Source: the human T2T-CHM13v2.0 reference genome, Homo sapiens | DNA length: 64,000 nucleotides | Reading direction: 5' to 3' (one strand) | NCBI RefSeq assembly: GCF_009914755.1 | Contig: NC_060935.1 | In this document: positions 17,215-35,918 of the stretch, in pieces | Layout: every line of letters begins with the position of its first letter | Position numbering within the stretch: the stretch's first letter is position 1 | Program-made: the position numbers and the translations under genes | The notes under the pieces: model-generated | Told to the model about the DNA's origin: nothing | Seen by the model: the letters and a program-made list of their open reading frames with translations, nothing else | Database searches by the model: none

Positions 17215-18485
17215 GAACCTGGGTACAAAGATCATAAATAAAATACTAGCAAACCAAATTCAAAGTATATATCATAACCAAGTATATCAGAAATACAAGT
17301 TTCATTTAATATTTTTAAAAATTAAAAATGTAATTTACAGCCAGGCACTGTGGCTCACGCCTGTAATCCCAGCACTTTGCGAGGTCGAGGCGGGCAGATC
17401 ACCTGGGGTCAGGAGTTGGAGACCAGCCTGGCCAACATGGCGAAACCCCGTCTCTACTGAAAATATAAAAAATTAGCCGGACGTGGTGGCGGGCGCCTGT
17501 AGTCCCAGCTAATCGGGTGGCTGAGGCATGAGAATCGCTGGAACCCGGAGAGGAGGAGGTTGCAGGGAGCCAAGATCGTGCCACTGCATTCCAGCCTGGG
17601 CGACAGAGCGAGACTCTGCCTCAAAAAAAAACAAAAAAAAAACAAAAAAAAAACAAAAAAAAAACCTGTAATTTACACCTTAACTGGTTGAAGGCATAAA
17701 CACATAGGGTCATTTCAATAGATATAGAAAAAAAATTGTTTGACATTTATTCATTAAAAATAAAACTCTTGGCAAATTGAGTGTAGATTTCTTAAACTGA
17801 TAATGGGTATCTATAAAAATACGGCTAAAAAAGCAGAGCTTTTTTAATTGATAAAGAGTATCTCTTAAAAGTATATCATTATACTTAATAAAGAATGAAA
17901 AATTTCCTTTGATACAAAACTTAGCCAGGCGTAGTGGTGCATGCCTGTAACCCCGGCTACTCGGGAAGCTGAGGCACGAGAATCACTTGAACTCAAGAGG
18001 TGGAGGTTGCAGTGAGCTGAGATTGCGCCTCTTCACTCCAGCCTGGGCGACACAGCGAGACTCCGTCTCAAAAAAAAAAAAGAAAAAAAATCCTTCTGAG
18101 ACCAAGAATAAGAGACTTCTTTATTTACCATTGTCCTGGAGGTCCTAGCCAGCTCAGTAAAACAAAATACATATAAATAAAAAGTATTAAGGATTGAAAA
18201 GGAAGAAACAAAATCTAAAAACCACTATATATACATTATTAGACTTATTAGAAACTTAGAAAGTTTATTGAATACAAGGAAATATGGAAAAATCAATTGC
18301 ATTTTTATATATCAGCTACAAATAGTTTTTTAAAGTTTTAAAGATAGAAAATTTATCATAGCATTAAAAATATCAAGTACCTAGGACTCTAACAAAAGAT
18401 GTATATATCTCTAGAGGGAAGACTGAAACTTTGTTCAGAGACATTAAAGAAGACATAAGTCAATGGAGAAATATGCCATGTTCAG
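17215..18485 (+). mobile_element. Old L1M ORF2 fragments with inserted Alus
   Basis: aaaatactagcaaaccaaattcaa, tcatttcaatagat, aaaaatcaattgcatttttatat; Alus at 17340-17664 and 17913-18090. Confidence 0.7.
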
Positions 18486-18639
18486 ACTCACTGTCTCCTT
18501 CACCCTCCTTTTTATTGCTCTGGATATAGTACCCTACCTGGAACCCAAGTCCTGTGCTTCAGAAAACTTCCTGCCTCCAGTTCTTCCACGTGGAGGATCA
18601 GTCAGCTACAAACAAATGTCAGTATAAGAAGGAAGAACT

Positions 18640-19102
<463 letters not shown>

Positions 19103-19516
19103 TCACTCTATCCAAATCATATTATTTCTTTTGACCCTTAGTACAATCTTATGGGGAAAGAATTTGTGTTATCTCCATTTCATATGCGAGAAAGCTAAGG
19201 CTCTTCAAGGTTAATGCCGGCCAGTACCCACAGTCACTCATGGAGCTAGAACTCAAACTAGGCTCTTTGATATAAAATTCAATGCATTCTCATCTATAAA
19301 AGCAATATTTCTTTCTGAGAGCAGTCCTGTCCTACCACATTCACCAGGGAAAATACAATGTCTTATGGATTCCTGAATTTTGGATGACTGCACAAACCTT
19401 TTGCTGGTGCCTCTATTTTCAAAGAATGAGTTTCTGTAGGGATTATATTTTTACCTCTTAAGAAGGAAAGGAAAGAAGAGAAAAAAGAGAGAAGAGACTT
19501 TACAGTATTTGTCTTA

Positions 19517-19950
<434 letters not shown>

Positions 19951-20751
19951 TTAAATAAAATTTTTAAAAAGAGTTCACCACTGTGCTTAGCCCATGGCAT
20001 GTGTTCAATAAGTGCTAGCTATTGCTATTGACAACTACTACACCATCAGAAGATAGCCCTGTGGGCTTTACAACCAGAGTGCTCCCCAAAGCAGGACAGA
20101 GGAGACATAACACCAGAATGACTATAGCCTTCTTTTGCCAGGTCTTTGTGCTATTCTTGAAGAAACGTCCGTTCCTGGTGAACTGCAGTGGGGAGAAAGA
20201 CCCCTAGGAACTAAATGTTTTGACTCTCAGTACGTGATTCACAAGGAAAGTCACATTGTTTAAAATATCTTCTTTGTTCATTTGTTCATTCTTTCATTAT
20301 TTTATTCAATAGATTCTTTTATTGAAGAGCCAGCTATGTTCCAGGCACTATGCTAGTATGGAAAGAAATATGTCACAAGATGGCATTGCAGAGGAAACTG
20401 TGGCAATCATCTTAGGCTTCATAGTATGGGGGTTCTGGGCTGTTCATTGGGAGGAAGAGGGGGCAGAGTATCAGGTATGGTGGAAAAAGCACAAGCTCTG
20501 GCATCAGAGAGATCAGGATTTCAAAGAGGTTGCTACTCACTTTCTGTGTGAACTTGAACAGATCCTTCACATCTCTAAACCTCCATTCCCTCATCTGTTA
20601 AATGGGAATGACACACATACATTCTATGATGGGTTATTATAAAGATTCAGTGGGTTCATGTAAGTGAAATGCCTGGCCCCTAATGGATCCTCCTTCTCAC
20701 AAAAGCAATATAGGGGTGCTCTGCCTCTACAACTTCTGCACTCCACATTGC

Positions 20752-21048
<297 letters not shown>

Positions 21049-21131
21049 TCCACATTGCATTTTTATCTTTTGTGTCTTCTTTTTCCTTTTAAGCTTGACC
21101 TTAATTTGCTGTAAAACCTGCTCTTGTACAC

Positions 21132-21168
21132 ATAATAATAATAATAATAATAATATAACAATAATAAA
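21132..21168. repeat. (AAT)n microsatellite
   Basis: Direct reading. Confidence 0.85.
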
Positions 21169-21604
21169 TGGAGAAGTGGGTAGAATACACCATGTACTTT
21201 GTCCCTAACTAGGAAGCCACCTTCCCACTTCTCTTCCCACACAGCCATTATTGCTTCAAGCACACATTAAAGGATCTCAAAGGCCAGCTGTCCTTAATTG
21301 TCCATAACCAAACATTTCAGGCCATCTCTGATTAGTACATCAAACGCATCCATTTGGTGCAGGTGGACTATTTCCACATTTGCTCTTTATACCTCAGTAA
21401 CTGGTCAGACTATTTAGAGGGAAAAAGAATCTTGCAAGGCAGTTGGCTCTAAAGGAATGCTGAATATTTCATTCTTGGGCTCTTGATGCATCAGAACAAA
21501 TCCCCTTTGTCTTCTTCTGGATACAGAGTGATGGCATTGGTTCTTTATGTATATTCAAACCCTGCCCTAAGCACTGAGAAAGTTGTTTTGCTCATTTATT
21601 TACA

Positions 21605-23100
<1,496 letters not shown>

Positions 23101-23380
23101 GGAGAATTTAGATCAAAAGAGGTTTTTCTCCAACTTTAAAAAAAATGTTCAAATGTACAGAAAAGTTGGAGAATAGTAGAATACTCATATACCCTTCATC
23201 TTATTGCAGCAATTGTTGACATTTTGCCATATTTGCTGTCTCTCTAGAGAGAGGATTTTAAAAATTTTTTTCAAATTGCTAAGTGTAATGCATATACAGA
23301 AAAATTGACCAGACAAAAATATATAACTCAATAAATGATCAAAAACAAGCACATGTAACCACCACCAATATCAAGAAATG

Positions 23381-23479
23381 TGCTTTTGGGTTGGGGTTTC
23401 GTACATAGCCGAGCAGCTCCCTCGCTGTGATCTATTCAGTCAGCCCTCAACACAGGAGTTTGTAAAAAAAAAAAAAAAA
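23381..23479 (+). pseudogene. 28S rRNA 3'-terminal retrocopy with poly(A) tail
   Basis: 83 nt matching the recalled 28S 3' end (GGGGTTTCGTACGTAGCAGAGCAGCTCCCTCGCTGCGATCTATTGAAAGTCAGCCCTCGACACAAGGGTTTGT), ends at the mature terminus, followed by A16. Confidence 0.9.
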
Positions 23480-24940
23480 GGTATCATCCTCATAGTCCCC
23501 TTGTGCCCCCTCACTCCCATCAACACATAACCGCCATCCTGAATTTATGGTAATAACTTCTTGCTTTTCTTTCTAATTTTACCACATAAGTTTCTAAACA
23601 TGACAGTTTAATTTTTGCTTGTTTTTGAACTTTAAGAATCAAATCATTTATGTAGTAATATTATTTTATATTTGACTTCTTTAGCTTAATATGTTGTTGT
23701 GTGTTTATTGTTCCACTGTAGTGTTCTGTTGTAAAAATATGCCAGCTTTTATTTATTCATTCTACTGTTTATAATGATGTTAGTTGTTTCCAGTTTTTTG
23801 CTGCTATGAATAATGCTGAGTGCTGCTATAAATATGCTTGTTTATGTCTCCTGATGCACATATTCATGCATTCTTATCCAGTACATTCCTAGGAGTAGAA
23901 TTGCTGGGTTGTAGGAATGTATATATTCAACTTCCATAGCTAATACAGAGAGTTTTCCCGATTGGTTATACCAATTTACCTTCCCATTAGCAATGTATGA
24001 GAGCTGTTGCTCCATGTCTTCACCAACAATTGGGATTGTCTGTCCTCTTACGTGGGTGCACAGTCATATTTCATTGTTGTTTTAATTAACATTTCCCTGA
24101 ATACTGACATTCATTGGCCATTTGGATATCTTCTTTTACAAAGTGCCTGTTCAAGACGTTTGCCCACTTATAAAATTAGATTTTTTAGACTTTTTCTTAT
24201 GATTTGTAGCTGTTTTTCTTGTATACTAGGGATATGAGTCCTAGTAGATTATATGTGTTGCATATATCTTCTGTCACTCTGGTTTGCTTTTTCATTTTCC
24301 TAGTGCTATCTCTTGATGAATAAAGCTCTTCATTTTCATGTAGTCAAGTTATCAGTCTTTTCCTTTATTGTGCTTTTTTGGGTTATGTGTAGGAACTTTT
24401 CATCGTCTCAAGGTGGATACGCTCCTGTGTTATCTCCTATAAGGTGTGTTGTTCTATCCTTCATATTTAGGAATATAGTACACCTGGAGTTTTTGTATTA
24501 TCTTTTCATTTTTAGCACTTGGATATCTAATAACCCAGCATCATTTATTGAAAAACTTTTTCCTACTGTTCTGAAGTGTCATTTTTGTCATAAATTAGAT
24601 GTCCTTATGGAAGTTCATTTCTGGGCTTAGTATTTTCTATCCTTGCAACATTACCATACTGACTTAATTGCTATAGCTTTATAAGTCTTGATATTCAATG
24701 GGACAATTACTCCTACCTTGCTCCTTTTCAAAAGTTTATTTTCCATTCTGGGTCCTTTCCATGTTTCTATAAATTTGAGAATCACCTTATGGAGTCTTAT
24801 AAACCAAGTCCTCTTGGAATTTGGATTGGAATTGCATTGAATCTGTAGATAATCTGAGATGAAGCAGTATCTTTAGTGTAACTGGGTCTTCCAATCCATG
24901 AATATGGTACAGCCTCTCCTTAATTTAGTTGTTCTTCTTT

Positions 24941-25478
24941 TTTTTCAGGTGGGTTGGGGGAGAAGGAGCCAATTCAATGTCTAGTCTTTACTGGAAAGAA
25001 GAAACTTTACAGCGCATTTTGAGCAATTTAGTGCAGAGTCTCAGTGGGTCAACTGGCGGGGCACCAGATAGTAATGGATTTCACAGTTAGGGCATTGCTG
25101 GGTCTCACCTTTGTGCAGCCAAAAACTAGAGGACAGCACTGTTGTACTCTTCACAGATGCAGCCCACTATTCACTTGTTGGTGATGGAGGAGACTAAATT
25201 AGGGTCTTCTTTGGTGCCAGAAGCTTCCTTTTGGAGTAGTGTATTCTATGGGTCCAGTCCCTTTCATGCAGCCATTATGACCTACATCTCCAGTCCAGAC
25301 ACATCACCATCAGTAGGAACACCACCTTCAGATGCCATGGAGCACATCAAGGCCACCCACTGGAACCATGGGCCCTCAGAGTCTGCAAGGGCAGCACTCC
25401 AACTCTGTGGCATAACCTCAAAGCCATATGCTCACGACAAGCAGCAGCACTTCTGGGAACAGGCTTCAGAGACAACTT
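24941..25478 (-). pseudogene. COX5B: Processed pseudogene of cytochrome c oxidase subunit 5B (CDS remnant 25427-25041)
   Basis: Minus strand reads MALRLCHRVGVLPLQTLRAH...SMASEGGVPTD...KGLDP*...SGTKEDPNLVSSITNK*IVGCICEE...WLHKGETQQCPNC...LVPRQLTH*; intronless, stops and frameshifts, 3'UTR with AGTAAA, T-run, TSD gttcttcttt/gttcttcctt. Confidence 0.93.
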
Positions 25479-26257
25479 GAGTTCTTCCTTAATTTCTCTC
25501 AGTAAGATTTATAGTTTTCTATGTACAGGTTGTGTACTTTTTCTTTGTGTGAACTTATTCCTATTTGAAACTTCAGATGCTGTGGAAATTGTATGTTTTT
25601 AAAAAAGTTTTCTAACTGTTTATTGTTGGTATGTAGAAATATATCTGATTTGCATACTGGTCCTTTATCCAGCAACCTTCTTAAATTCACTTTTTAATTC
25701 TAATAATTTATCTGTAGATTCTTTTGGATTTTCTATGTATGTAACTATATCATTTGTAAATAATGCCAGCTTATTTCTTCCTCTTCCTCACTCTGACATT
25801 CTAAAATGTCTCCTCTTTTCTATAAGTACTTTAAAAATAATGATTAAATAATTTATTTATCTGGAGTTTATTTTGAGCATTGAGTATGCAGTGTGGCTCT
25901 AAGCTAATTTTTTTCCCAGATGGATATCCTGATTTTTATGTAACAGTTATTAAATAAACCATCTTTCCTCAATAATTTGAAATGAGACCTTTATAATAGA
26001 TTAAATTCCTATGTGTATTTGATTTCACTTTTGTGGGTTTTTTTTTGGATCACTGAACTCTTTTAGTTATTGTAACTTTAAAATGTTTTAATATTTGGTA
26101 GATCTTCTTATTTATTTTTGGAATATATATTTCTATTCTTATTTAATTTTTCATATAAATTTGGGAATCAGCTTATCTAATTCCAAGACAAAATTCTATT
26201 TAGATTTTTATTAGGAGAGCTTAAGTTATAGATTCTATTTATAAAGTTGAGCTTTCC

Positions 26258-27253
<996 letters not shown>

Positions 27254-27885
27254 ATTCTGTGAGTTAATTCTGTAATCCAACCACTGAACTAAATTCTCTT
27301 CTTGTTTGTAATAGTTTTTCAGTTGATTCTCTTGTTTTTCTCAGGTAAGCAATTTATATAATTTTTAAACAACATGTAATTTACTTCTTCCTGCCTGTTT
27401 TTTATTTCACTGATTTCTATTAAGAGATTTTAAGCAGGAGAGCCCTCCTGCTTAAATCTAATCTGATTACAACATCAAAAGATTACACTGGCTGCAAAGG
27501 TGGAATCAAGAAAATCATTTAGGTGTCCAGTAACAAAAGATGGTATCTTGAGCTAAGAGAGTGGCAGTAGAGGTAGAGAGAAGTAGGGAGATGGGAGATA
27601 TATTTTGGAGGTCAAATATGTGGCAGAGAAAGGTTAATCATATTATTCTAAAGATTTGGAAAATTCTTGGAAATCTTAGAATATAAGAATCATAGTTTAT
27701 TAGAAGAGACCGTAAATATAATCAAGAGTCTCTAACCCGATGCATTCTCAGTTTCACTACAATTTCCTGGCTACTTCCAGTGGTAGAGAACTCACTACCT
27801 CCCATGTCAGCCATTCAATTTATTCAATTCACTCCACAAACCCTGCTCTTTGTCAGGTACTGTGAGGGACCCTAGAAAACATGGA

Positions 27886-27947
27886 TAATGAAGATCCACT
27901 CCCTTCTCTGGGGAAGTAATGAAGATTCACTCCCTTCTCTGGAGAAG
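27886..27947. repeat. Tandem duplication, 2 x 31 bp
   Basis: taatgaagat(c/t)cactcccttctctgg(g/a)gaag twice, 2 mismatches. Confidence 0.9.
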
Positions 27948-28012
27948 CTCATAGAAATGGACAACTCTTTTGGAAAGTCTCTTTCCTGGCTGGGCAATGT
28001 GGCTCAGGCTTA

Positions 28013-28395
28013 GCAACCTTTCTAATGGTTTAAATTGTTTGTGTCACTTAATACTTTAATATAGATCTTGTGCACTTCTTATCAATTTATTTCCAGACAT
28101 TTATCTTTTTTGTTGGTATTGTTGATAAAGTTATTTTCTTCATTATGTTTCCAAACTGGTCATTGTTGGCTTGAATGTTGCTTATTAACATTTCTGTGAG
28201 TTAATTTTGGGTTTTTTGTTTGTTTGTTTTGGTTTGTTTTTGTTTTTGCTTTTGTTTTGTTTTTTCTTTTTTGAGACAGAATCTGACTCTGTTGCCCAGA
28301 CTGAAGTGCAGTGGCACAAACATGGCTGAATGCAGCCTTAAACCTCCTGGGGTCAAGAGATCCTTCCACTTCAGCCTCTCAAGTAACTGGGACCA
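28013..28395 (+). repeat. Diverged direct copy of 26714-27088 inserted into the head of a sense Alu (27988-28701)
   Basis: Colinear match including the non-Alu flank and the Alu junction; gtggctca on both sides. Confidence 0.9.
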
Positions 28396-28701
28396 GTGGC
28401 TCATGCCTGTAATCCTAGCACTTTGGGAGGGCAACGCAGGCGGATCGCTTGAGCCCAGGAGTTGGAGATCAGCCTGGGCAATATATGGTGAAACCCGCAT
28501 CTCTACAAAAAAATTAAATACATAAATACAAAAATTAGCTGGGCATGGTGGCATGTGCCTTTAGCCCAAGCTATCTGGGAGGCTGAGATAGGAGGATTAA
28601 TTAAACCAAGGAGGTCGAGGTTGCAGTGAGCCATGCTCATGCCACTGCACTCCAGTCTGGGTGACAGAGCAAGACCCTGTCTCAAAAACAAACAAACAAA
28701 A

Positions 28702-29973
<1,272 letters not shown>

Positions 29974-30376
29974 TATCAATTCATACTTTCATTTTGGTTT
30001 AATGTGTACTTTTTTTTTTTATTATTAGAGACAAGTTCTCGCTCTGTTCCTACTGAAGTGCAGTGGTGGGATCATGGCCTTCTGCAGCACAGAACTCCTG
30101 GGCTCAAGCAGTCTTCCCATCTCAGCTTCCCAAAGTGCTAGGATTACAGGCATTAGCCACCAGGCTCAACCTAAAAAAAAAAAAAAAAAACCCTGTCTTT
30201 TTAGGAATTTATTATATCAAGTGTATGACTAGCTTTGGAAACAATATACTAAACAACTATGTAATCAATTACCTTGCTAGGCTCAGCAAATACTAGCTGA
30301 TTACCATTACAAAAGTATTTGTCGACTGAAAAGCCTGGGAATAAAACTAATAACACATATGGAAGGAAGTTGATAA

Positions 30377-30520
30377 ATGTTGATAAATGTTACAAGTGAA
30401 ATAGAAATATTTGATTTATCCAAGATAAGCGATGATACAAAGTCTGCTTTTACAGACAACAGACACGATTATAATATCCATTTCCAAATAATCAACCTTT
30501 TTTTAAAATGGGCAACAGTC
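30377..30520 (+). mobile_element. Possible ancient CR1/L3-type LINE reverse transcriptase fragment
   Basis: Translation IN...LSKISDDTK...Q...L..KWA resembles the CR1 RT block LSKFADDTKL...Q.DLD.L..WA. Confidence 0.4.
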
Positions 30521-31811
30521 CACTACTCTTCCAAAGTATTAATAGTTATGTTAATCATGTGTTCAAAATCCTCATCCTAGTTAACCATCAATATATTTAA
30601 TGAAGATATTATCTTCTTGATAAGGCATTTTAATGCAGCATTTGAATAGGACTAAATTTACAGTATCAAAAGTCTTAATACAATTTGATGTGTTTTCCCA
30701 AATGAGTTGCAGAAAAATGACAAGGGGAGAAGAGTGATTTTTCTATAAAGGGGGTAACCCTGGTCAATTCAGAATTAGAGACAGCTGTGAGTTATAATGG
30801 GTTCCTCTGAGAATTGCCATGTTTAAATTAAACTGATGATCTGATAGCTCGGGGAATAATTCCTGGTGCAAGTGTTGTGGGCATTTTGCATCCTGCATGA
30901 TGTAAGATAATTTTTCTCCCTGAATGTTTTCTTTAAATCTAGGTAATTTGAACTAGTATAAACAGCATTGGTGGCCAGGTGTGGTGGCTCATACCTATTA
31001 TCTCAGCACTTTAGGAGGCTGAGGTGAGAGGATCACTTGAGCCCAGGAATTCAAGACCAGCCTGGGCAACATAGTGAGACCCTGCCTCTAAAATAAAATA
31101 AAATAAAATAAAATAAAAATCATTGGTTATCCTATCAGAGATGTCTGACTTTGCATTCTGATATGAATGTTTTGGAGAAATCTAATAGTTTTTTTTATCT
31201 TGCACATGTTACTTTTCTAATTTTTTCATACTTAAATAGATTATAATATTTCCCTAATAAAGATGCTGTGAAATTGGATAAATGCAATGTGTTTATTTTC
31301 ACTCATTTGATTTCCATATACATAAATGTATATATAACTAACATAAACCCTTACTTAGTAGGTGTTTAGTAATGTCAGAGAGCAAATTCCCTACCATGTA
31401 TTCCCTTTCTTTTTAAGCCATTCATTTGCCTAAGTAATTTCTCTCTCTCCTTACCCGACATTTATTGTGTCATCAAGTTCTTTTGATTTGGCTTCTGCAA
31501 TGCTTTTCCAATTGGTTTCATAATTTTCATTCTTTCCTGAATTCTCAGTTCAGGATTGCAACGACCTTTTAACTAATTTTTTTCACTCCCTCTAGTCTTG
31601 CCACTTCCATTCCATCTTCCACACTGTCCAGAGCTTCTCAAAACACAGTTCTGATTATGAGTCAACATTTCTTGCCTAAATAATTTTAATGACCAATCTT
31701 TATATTGCAGGGATCTTGTCTCCTTCATCTTGCATCTCCATAGTCAAACAGCATGTTCCATGTTTACCACCCCATTCTATCAGCTTCTGACGTTTTCTGT
31801 GATTGGATTAG

Positions 31812-32147
<336 letters not shown>

Positions 32148-32149
32148 TA

Positions 32150-33345
32150 TAACTGACTTTAAAACACATGAAAAAGATGTTCACTTAAAATAAGGGATGT
32201 GCAAATTAAAACTAAGATATTAGCTTTCATCAGTTTGGCAAACATCAACAAGTTTGACCATAAATTATTTTGGCCAGGATGTGGGGAAACATTCTCAAAG
32301 TTTATAGGAGGACAAATTGGAACCATCATTTTAGATAACAGATTTTTTTTTTTTTTTTTTTGAGACAGGGTCTCACTCTGTCACCCAGGCTATAGTGCAA
32401 TGGCCTGATCTCACCTCACGGCAACCTCTGCCTCCCAGTTTCAAGCAATTCTTGTGCTTCAGCCTCCCGAATAGCTGGAATCACATGTGTATACCACCAC
32501 GCCTGGCTAATTTTTGTATTTTTAGTAGAGACAAGGTTTTGCCATGTTGGCCAGACTGGTCTCAAACCCCTGGCCTCAAGCCATCTGCCCTCGCTTCAGC
32601 CTCCCAAAGTGCTGGGATTATAGGCATGAGCCACCACGTTTGGCCTAGAGAATAATTTCTTAATATTTATCAAGAATGACCAAAAGTTTGACCCAACATT
32701 TTTAATTTATCCTACAGAAATACACATGCAAAGATATATACAAAGAATATTCATTGCAGTATCATAACATAAGCATCCCAAAAGATGGGAAATAGCCAAA
32801 ATGTCTATCAACAGGGTAATGGTTATGTAAACTGCAGTGTATCCATAAAATGTAATCCTACGGAGCCATTAAAAAGAATAATGCAGGCTGGGTGCACTGG
32901 TTCACATCTGTAATCCCAGCACTTTGGGAGGCCGAGGCAGGCAGATCACTTGAAGCCAGGAGTTCCAAGAACAGCCTGGGCAATATGGTGAAACCCTGTC
33001 TCTACTAAAAATACAAAAATTAGCTGGATGTGGTGATGCACACCTGTGATCCCAGCTACTCAGGAGTCTGAGGCACAAGACTCACTTGAGTCCAAATGAC
33101 GGAGATTGCAGTGAGCCGAGATCACGCCACTGCACTCCAGCCTGGGCATCAGACGGAAACTGTCTCAAAAAAAAAAAAAAGTGATGTGCGTGTACTGATA
33201 CGGAAAGATCTCTGAAATAAAGTTTAAAAGTGAAGTGCAGAGCAGTGTATGTAGTATAATTTTTATAAAATTTTAAAAAATATATACATATATATTAAAT
33301 ATTAAAATATCTCTGGAGTGATATACAGGGGTTAAGGGGAGTGGT
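32150..33345 (+). mobile_element. Old L1ME 3' region with Alus (-32343-32645, +32886-33180)
   Basis: aaaagatgttcact, aaaatgtctatcaacagg, gccattaaaaagaat motifs. Confidence 0.65.
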
Positions 33346-34224
33346 TGCCATTGAGGAGGTGAGCAAGGGACAAGGGATTCAGAGTGGTAGAGAGACTACT
33401 CTGGCAAAGTTTTTTCATCAGGCACAGAGCAATGGTTAAGCAAGTTATGGCAGATCACCTTGATGATATGAGTCTGGTAAATCTCATATATCAATTCTGA
33501 TGTCTATTGCATCTCAAAACAGTCCTATGAGGTGGCATTGTTTATCTCTAACAGAGAGGCAAATTGATGATGGATGAGATTGAGTATCTGGTTGAGATCC
33601 TTTTATTGTTAGAAGCAATAGGGATTATGAATCCAGGACTATCTGGCACCAACTCCCTGCAGCCTGCCTGGAAAGTATCTCAGCTGTAAAAGAGATCCCA
33701 TTGTATTCCAAGTATCATTCATGTCTGTGCTCTTTCACCACTAGACTGAAAGCTTCTTGAAAAGAAGAACCATACATCACTTCATCATCGCCACTATCAC
33801 AATGACTAGCGCACGACAAGTGTTCAGTAAAAGTTTATTGACTTGAACAGTTAGATGATTTTCTTTAAGCAATCAGATACTTATGAGATGTAAATGCCAC
33901 GATCTGCCATCTTTTCTAAAAGGTAGACTATTTTGATTTGTGTCCTCATCACACGAAGCAATTTAAGAAAGAAAAAACAGGATGGTGAGTGTAAAAACTA
34001 CAGCCGCAGAATTCAGGAGCAGGCTGTTTTCTTTGATGGTGTTTGGTTTTCCAGGGCATGAGAGAAGAATTCAAAACTTTCTACAAACACTTGCCTCTCC
34101 ACAGAACTGACAGGGCTAAGTGTGAAACAGACTCTGCACTTTATCCTGTGAAATGTTTTACTAGATGGCTCTTGTTTCTAGCTCCATTTAGACTGCTCAG
34201 AGCAGAAGCTGGCCCCCGCCTGTT

Positions 34225-34237
34225 TGCCCCCTGGAGG
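34225..34237 (-). promoter_or_regulatory. Candidate CTCF motif
   Basis: Minus strand CCTCCAGGGGGCA versus consensus CCACCAGGGGGCG, in non-repeat sequence; motif match only. Confidence 0.4.
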
Positions 34238-34816
34238 ATTCCCATCACATGTCAGTGATGTATGTGTTCCCACTAGCTCTAGTGACCTGCCTCTGCGATG
34301 TGCTGCAAACACTACACTCAACGGCAAAGCGTCCAGCCTCTGGAAAACCGGTATTGAGAGACTTTCCAGAGCATTAAGAGCTCTTAAAGGACACTCTAAA
34401 GTTACTGGGAATTTTCTAGAACAGTGCTTAAAGCAACATTTAGTTTCCTGAATCTGCAAGAAAGGCACTCTTTTATTGGTCTCCCCTAATTTCCCAGCTT
34501 CTCTGAAAGCATGAGTCAGCCAATGGAAGAACAGTGGGGAGGTGAGTATATCAATTTAGACTCAATCTTTGGGCTTAGCAACTTAGAATCTGGCGAATTC
34601 CTTTCCTAGGATCACTTGGACAAAGCAGAAAGGTGTAATGGAAATAGCACAGATAGAAAGCAGATTAACCTGAGTTTAAAACTAGCTTCTGTCAACAACC
34701 AGTCACATGACCTTAGGCAAATTACTTAATTTCTTAAAGGCTTTGTGTCCTCATTTTGCAATATTCTTGTGAAAATTTGGTAGGCCATCATCAGCACAGT
34801 TCCAGGGACAATAAAC

Positions 34817-35422
<606 letters not shown>

Positions 35423-35816
35423 TCCAGCAACAATAAATCTTGTTGAACAAAATGAGTGAATAACATACTTAAGATGACAAGCATGTAGAGGAGCTTAATA
35501 AATATTAATTCTTCATCTGGATAAAGGCCAGAATTTTAAAATAAATACATAAATAAATAAATATTCATTATCTTCCCACTCTCTGCCCTACTCACCTTCA
35601 GTTCAGGCTATACGTAGCCCTTCAGCGAATTTTTCCCCTTCAAGGTCACTTCCAAAGGTCACCAAGACCTATTTTTAACCAGAAAAAAAAAATAATAAAA
35701 AATAAACAAGAATTAATGAAAGCACCAGCCTGGCCAACATGGCAAAACCCCGTCTCTACTAAAAATACAAAAACTAGCTGGGCGTGGTGGCACACGACTG
35801 TAATCCCAGCTACTCA

Positions 35817-35918
<102 letters not shown>

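Larger units (their letters stand above)
23130..26250 (-). mobile_element. Old L1M (L1MD/ME-like) hosting the 28S and COX5B retrocopies
   Basis: Antisense L1 3'UTR/ORF2 motifs cctaggagtagaattgctgg, cattggccatttggatatcttc, ggaattgcattgaatctgtagat. Confidence 0.75.

Noticed and set aside
25142-25480. 112-aa non-repeat ORF on the plus strand
   Set aside because: Antisense shadow of the COX5B pseudogene
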